Shown in pieces: positions 34,688 through 39,226 of a stretch of DNA of 39,226 nt. Position numbers and translations under genes: made by a program. This DNA comes from Oligoflexales bacterium (GTDB taxonomy: Bacteria > Bdellovibrionota_B > Oligoflexia > Oligoflexales > Bog-1112). Every line of letters begins with the position of its first letter. Position 1 is the first letter of the stretch. The stretch spans positions 1 to 39,226 of the forward strand of contig JAGNWK010000019.1 in NCBI GenBank assembly GCA_017985985.1, given 5' to 3'. The notes beneath the pieces were generated by a model. The model was given only the letters and a program-made list of their open reading frames with translations. It was not told the origin of the DNA and did not search any database.

Positions 34688-36187
34688 ATGTCTGATCTTA
34701 TGAATAAGCTTATTTCCTTGTGCAAAAGAAGAGGTTTTATTTTTCAGAGCAGCGAAGTCTATGGTGGACTGAAGTCCTGCTACGACTACGGCCCTCTCGG
34801 TGTTGAGCTCAAGAAGAACATTGCTCAAGCCTGGTGGAAGAACATGGTCTATGAGCGAGACTCCATCTATGGGATGGACGCTTCGATCCTCATGCACAGC
34901 GATGTTTGGAAAGCTTCTGGCCACCTTGCTAATTTCAGCGATCCCCTTGTCGACTGCCTCACATGCCAAGAGAGATTCCGTGCTGATAAGGCTCCAAAAC
35001 ATGAGCCAGGACTGGATATAACCTACGGACTAAAGGAGAAGAAAAAAGGACAGGTCGGCCCCCAAGGCTACGTCTGTCCACGCTGTAGCTCCCCCTCTCT
35101 CAGTGACGAGAGACAGTTCCGTTTGATGTTCCGCAGTACAATAGGCCCGGTAGATCCTCTGAACGAGCTCGTCGACAAACACTATGGTCAACTCAGTTTA
35201 GCTGAGTTTAAATCTAAACTGAGCGAACTAGAGCTCTCAGCTAGCAGCGTTTACTTGAGACCTGAAACTGCTCAGGCTATGTTCGTCCAATTTCTTAATG
35301 TCCAGCAAAGCATGTCTGCTAAAGTTCCGTTCGGAATAGCTCAGTGTGGCAAAGCCTTCCGTAATGAAATCATCACCGAACATTTCATATTCCGGTCTTG
35401 TGAGTTCGAGCAGATGGAACTCGAATTCTTCTGTGAACCTGGAAGCCAAACGGAATGGATGGAATACTGGAAGCAAGAACGTATGAACTGGCATAAGATC
35501 TACGCTCGTCATCCAGAAAACTACAGACTCCGAGCCCACGACAAGGGGGAACTGGCCCACTACTCCGATGGTTGCTTCGACGTTGAATATAAGTACCCCT
35601 GGGGATGGGATGAACTCGAGGGCATTGCGTCTCGAACTGATTTTGATCTATCGAGTCACAGCAAGAAGTCCGGAGCCAAGCTCAGCTACTTCGACCCCCA
35701 AAAAACAGACCCAGCAACTGGCAAAACTGGGTGGAGGTATACACCTTATGTGATTGAACCCTCTCTTGGACTCACACGTTCTGTGCTCTGCTTCCTCCTC
35801 GACGCTTACTGCGAAGAAGGGAAACCAGCAAAGGAAGGAGAGGAAGGAGGAGACAAAACCAGAATCGTACTCAAACTCCATCCTCAACTCGCTCCTTACA
35901 AAGCAGCTGTGCTGCCTCTTGTCAAAAAAGATGGTCAGCCAGAATTTGCTAAAGACCTCGTCTCCCAGTTTAGGAAGAAGGGAATCCCGGTGAGTTATGA
36001 CGAGAATAATTCTATTGGAAAGCGCTATGCACGACACGATGAAATTGGTACCCCGTTCTGTATAACGATCGATCAGAAAACCATCGAAGATGGATCTGTG
36101 ACCCTAAGAGATCGTGATAGCACCCTACAAGAGCGTCTCCCTGCGGGAGCTGCCTTGGAGCGTGTGCTTGAACGCCTCAACACCTAG
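34688..36187 (+). CDS. glyQS: Glycine--tRNA ligase, alpha2 (class II, eukaryote/archaeal-like) type
   Basis: ..LCKRRGFIFQSSEVYGGLKSCYDYGPLGVELKKNIAQAWW.. is the canonical N-terminus of dimeric GlyRS. Class II motifs and a C-terminal anticodon-binding domain are present. The preferred start is ATG 34688; the ORF-track start at 34670 is TTG. Confidence 0.85.
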   Translation: MSDLMNKLISLCKRRGFIFQSSEVYGGLKSCYDYGPLGVELKKNIAQAWWKNMVYERDSIYGMDASILMHSDVWKASGHLANFSDPLVDCLTCQERFRADKAPKHEPGLDITYGLKEKKKGQVGPQGYVCPRCSSPSLSDERQFRLMFRSTIGPVDPLNELVDKHYGQLSLAEFKSKLSELELSASSVYLRPETAQAMFVQFLNVQQSMSAKVPFGIAQCGKAFRNEIITEHFIFRSCEFEQMELEFFCEPGSQTEWMEYWKQERMNWHKIYARHPENYRLRAHDKGELAHYSDGCFDVEYKYPWGWDELEGIASRTDFDLSSHSKKSGAKLSYFDPQKTDPATGKTGWRYTPYVIEPSLGLTRSVLCFLLDAYCEEGKPAKEGEEGGDKTRIVLKLHPQLAPYKAAVLPLVKKDGQPEFAKDLVSQFRKKGIPVSYDENNSIGKRYARHDEIGTPFCITIDQKTIEDGSVTLRDRDSTLQERLPAGAALERVLERLNT

Positions 36188-36200
36188 CCGCCCCCACCTA

Positions 36201-36311
36201 CCTAGCAAGGAGTGGTTTGGGGAAACTGCGCAGCTGGTTCCCCAAGAAAACGCCTGTTCTAGCAAGGAGGGGTTTGGGGAAACTGCGCAGCTGGTTCCCC
36301 AAGAGAACCCC
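36201..36311. repeat. Two tandem REP-like palindromic elements (family 4) downstream of glyQS
   Basis: ctagcaaggagtggtttggGGAAACTGCGCAGCTGGTTCCccaagaaaacg occurs twice in tandem (36201-36252 and 36259-36311). The core is a perfect palindrome around CAGCTG. Confidence 0.7.
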
Positions 36312-36343
36312 TAACCGCAAGAGCCGCAGAAGAAAGAAAAGAA

Positions 36344-37729
36344 GTGAGTTCGAACGATTTTAAAACATTGAATTTAAGTGCCCCACTACTGTCTAGTCTC
36401 GACGATTTGGGTTATGTCCGCATGACCCCCATTCAAGAGCAGTGCCTTCCCCACGTCCTGGGGAAAAGAGATCTCATCGCTCAAGCTAAAACAGGCAGCG
36501 GCAAAACAGCGGCTTTTGCACTCGGTCTCTTGAATCAAATAGATGTGACACGAGATAAAATTCAAGGTTTAGTCCTCTGCCCAACCAGAGAACTCGCAGA
36601 TCAGGTCGGCAATGAAATCCGTCGTCTTGCTAAGTTTATACCGAACGTCAAGGTCCTCACCCTCTGTGGGGGAAGACCCCTACGTCCACAGGCAGCTTCT
36701 CTTGATTATGGAGCTCACATCATCGTGGGCACACCAGGAAGAATCGATGACCACCTCGGTAAAGAGACGATCAACTTCGATGATCTCAAAATCCTTGTCC
36801 TAGACGAAGCTGATAGAATGCTTGACATGGGTTTCTATGAGATCATCTCATCGATCATCCAAGCTTTGCCGAAGAGAAGACAAACGCTACTATTCTCTGC
36901 CACCTACCCTGATACTATCAAACAAATGAGTGCGGACTTCCAAGATAAACCCATAGAAGTGAAGTTGGCATCTCATCATAGCGCTGACAATATCAAGCAA
37001 GGCTACTTTGTCGTAAAAAACGAAGAGGACAGACTCCTATGCGTGAAAACCATACTGTCTCAGCACGAGTTCAACTCATCGATCGTTTTTTGCACCACAA
37101 AAGTACAGTGTGATGACCTTGTCCACGAACTGCAGGATATAGGCTTACAGGCTCTAGCCATCCATGGAGATCTCGAGCAAAGAGACAGGGAGGAAGTGCT
37201 CGTCCTCTTTGCTAATAAAACCTGCACCATTCTCGTCGCGACTGACGTAGCCTCCCGCGGTTTGGATATCAAGGATGTTGAGCTTGTGCTGAACTACCAG
37301 CTCGCCAGAAGTCCTGAAATCTATGTCCACCGTATTGGACGAACGGGTCGAGCGGACAGCAAAGGGCAAGCCTTCAGCTTAGTGACCAACTATGAACAGC
37401 GACGAATTGCTGAGATCGAAGCCTATCAAAAAGCACCGATCCCCTGTGAAGAATTGGGCAAATTGCCAAAAATAAAAACCACGGGCAAGTCCAAGATGGC
37501 GACTCTTAAGATTGCCGGTGGTCGTAAAAATAAGATCTCTAAAGGGGATATACTAGGCGCCCTCACTAGCAGCGGTTCGACGATCACGGGCAGTGACGTC
37601 GGAAAGATCGATATCTTCGACTTTCACTCTTATGTCGCCATGGAGGAACAATTCTGCACCAAGGCTCTTCAGATTTTAAACGACAAACCCATCAAAGGGC
37701 GTTCGTTCAAAGTCAAAAGGGTTTTCTGA
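36344..37729 (+). CDS. dbpA: ATP-dependent DEAD-box RNA helicase, DbpA type
   Basis: Q-motif, AKTGSGKT (Walker A), PTRELA, DEAD (VLDEADRM), SAT and HRIGRTGR are all present. A C-terminal DbpA RNA-binding domain is present (..GDILGALTSSGSTITGSDVGKIDIFDFHSYVAMEEQF..). GTG start. Confidence 0.85.
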   Translation: MSSNDFKTLNLSAPLLSSLDDLGYVRMTPIQEQCLPHVLGKRDLIAQAKTGSGKTAAFALGLLNQIDVTRDKIQGLVLCPTRELADQVGNEIRRLAKFIPNVKVLTLCGGRPLRPQAASLDYGAHIIVGTPGRIDDHLGKETINFDDLKILVLDEADRMLDMGFYEIISSIIQALPKRRQTLLFSATYPDTIKQMSADFQDKPIEVKLASHHSADNIKQGYFVVKNEEDRLLCVKTILSQHEFNSSIVFCTTKVQCDDLVHELQDIGLQALAIHGDLEQRDREEVLVLFANKTCTILVATDVASRGLDIKDVELVLNYQLARSPEIYVHRIGRTGRADSKGQAFSLVTNYEQRRIAEIEAYQKAPIPCEELGKLPKIKTTGKSKMATLKIAGGRKNKISKGDILGALTSSGSTITGSDVGKIDIFDFHSYVAMEEQFCTKALQILNDKPIKGRSFKVKRVF

Positions 37730-37804
37730 TAGGTGTGAGCGCCATCCCTTTCTCACCGCCAATATCACTGAGGAATGGGCCGCCCCTATTTGTTTGTTCA
37801 TTTA

Positions 37805-38048
37805 AACTCGAGACCCATTCGACTTCGTCCGCCTATGGTGGACTTCGCTCAGGGTGACAGGGCTTTAAGTAATAGCGACAAAAGTCACCCCGAATGAAGT
37901 CGAGGGGTATCGACCCTTAACTGAATGACATCACTCCCCCAGCTCTTTTAGGTGACAGGGCTTTAAGTAATAGCACAAACGTCACCCCGAGCGAAGTCGA
38001 GGGGTATCGATCCTTAACTGAATGACATCACTCCCCCAGCTCTTTTAT
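37805..38048. mobile_element. Family-2 palindromic element with a tandemly duplicated ~95-bp right half
   Basis: ggtgacagggctttaagtaatagcRacaaaMgtcaccccgaRYgaagtcgaggggtatcgaYccttaactgaatgacatcactcccccagctctttta occurs twice in tandem, preceded by a left arm with cgacttcg..ggacttcgctcagggtgac. It lies between dbpA and the prohibitin gene. Confidence 0.6.
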
Positions 38049-38052
38049 CTGC

Positions 38053-38937
38053 CTAACGAACTTTGAGATCACCGATAGGAAGAAGAATATTCGCTGCGCC
38101 GCCAGAACTTCCTCCACCACCGACAACGAGTGGTGATATCCCGTTCCACTTCTCCACAATTTGCAGCTGCACAAGACCTGGACTATCTTGTAAAGCTTTA
38201 CCGCGGACACGTATGGCTTCTGCTTCTCCGTTCGCACGAATGATAGCTGTACTTGCTTCGATCTCAGCTTTTTGCTGAATAAACTTAGCTTTTGCAGCTT
38301 CTTGTTCTTGAACCATTTTAGCTTCGATGGCAGCTTCCAATTCTTTAGAGAGAGTGACGTTTTGAATCACGATATCTTCGATGACTATCAAGTCACCCAC
38401 CTTGTTTCTGGCTGCTGCTAAAGCTTTGATTTTAACGTCTTCACGTCTCTTCACGATGTGCTCAGCACTTTGCAGCGCTCCCACCTCTTTGAGAGCCTCA
38501 CTGACCCGGGGTGCAATCAAACTGTCAAAAGGATCCCCTGCATAGTCTTGGAAGATCCTCACAATCATACTTTCAGGGAAGCGATAAAGAACTTTGAGTT
38601 CAATGTTGATTTGCTGCAAATCAGATGAATAGCAGTCCTCTCGCATAGACTGCGTCTGCTGCCGCACAGAAATCGGCAAGACACTTGTGATCATCGGAGT
38701 TTTAAAGCCCAGACCTTCAGGTGCAAAAATAGGAGAAACTTTCCCCATCGTCACCAAAACCCCACGATGCCCTGGAGGGATGACAAAATAGCCGCCAAAA
38801 ATCAAGAAGGTTCCAGCGAGAAGCAGTATCAAGCCTCCTACCACTGTTTTATTAACTTTGAGATTATTTAAAAACTGATCAAATTCGTCCAAAACATACT
38901 CCTCATTCGTTTCAAAAAATGGATCAAAAAAGAACAT
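38053..38937 (-). CDS. SPFH/band-7 protein, prohibitin/HflC-like
   Basis: N-terminal TM helix (TVVGGLILLLAGTFLIFGGYFVIPPGHRGVLVTMGKV), a PHB domain, and a C-terminal coiled-coil rich in A/E/K (..LSKELEAAIEAKMVQEQEAAKAKFIQQKAEIEAS..). Confidence 0.75.
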   Translation of the reverse strand: MFFFDPFFETNEEYVLDEFDQFLNNLKVNKTVVGGLILLLAGTFLIFGGYFVIPPGHRGVLVTMGKVSPIFAPEGLGFKTPMITSVLPISVRQQTQSMREDCYSSDLQQINIELKVLYRFPESMIVRIFQDYAGDPFDSLIAPRVSEALKEVGALQSAEHIVKRREDVKIKALAAARNKVGDLIVIEDIVIQNVTLSKELEAAIEAKMVQEQEAAKAKFIQQKAEIEASTAIIRANGEAEAIRVRGKALQDSPGLVQLQIVEKWNGISPLVVGGGGSSGGAANILLPIGDLKVR

Positions 38938-39226
38938 CCGTAGAATAACACTTTATCAAGAGTTTTAACACCAGGCTTATGGGACTGTTTATAACTAAGA
39001 ATATCCTTAGTTATTTCAGCATGTTGTTCATATCCTTTGGCGTTGTTGCACAAAGAAATTGTTGAATGACAAGGGATTCGAGCTGTCTAGATCCTATGTA
39101 ACTTTATAACTCTGAGGCATTCCTAGCTGGGTCATCTTGTTGAGGATGGATGAACGAATCCTGGCTTCTGTTACCTGACGAGAGAATTCCCGAGATTTTA
39201 ATTTGTCCCCGAGAATTTGTTTCTGT

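Overview
This 39.2 kb window is mostly bacterial chromosomal housekeeping DNA, with one accessory-looking segment and several families of short repeats. GC is moderate, and secreted, lipoprotein and eukaryote-like domain proteins are over-represented, which suggests a predatory or host-associated Gram-negative; that is inference. Housekeeping genes I can support from the translations: the 3' end of a class II (B12) ribonucleotide reductase, a DcuA/DcuB C4-dicarboxylate transporter, a UshA-like 5'-nucleotidase, ferrochelatase, an NfeD protease plus SPFH/stomatin pair, UbiX, a glycine-rich RRM RNA-binding protein, proline dehydrogenase, a THUMP/RlmL-like RNA methyltransferase, FolB, HtpX, alpha2-type glycyl-tRNA synthetase, DbpA-type DEAD-box helicase, a prohibitin-like SPFH protein and one tRNA-Gly(GCC). 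The stretch most worth a second look is about 25.1 to 34.5 kb. It carries the tRNA-Gly, and two direct copies of a ~122 bp MITE-like element bracket a 3.1 kb segment. It encodes an OTU-like cysteine protease with a signal peptide and TM region, a large secreted LRR protein with an unrecognised N-terminal domain, a metzincin (HExxHxxGxxH) protease, a Hint-domain protein, a Cys-rich mini-protein and two further secreted proteins or lipoproteins. This looks like an effector-type island. Other features: a collagen-like lipoprotein with perfect 9-bp tandem repeats, a membrane protein with an (SP)16 linker encoded by a pure hexanucleotide microsatellite, and two tandem paralogous small Cys-motif membrane proteins. 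There are 8-9 nt poly-G tracts inside three coding regions, one directly after a start codon, and at least four families of intergenic palindromic MITE/REP-like repeats, one with an apparent target-site duplication. No CRISPR array, rRNA or recognisable transposase gene is visible.
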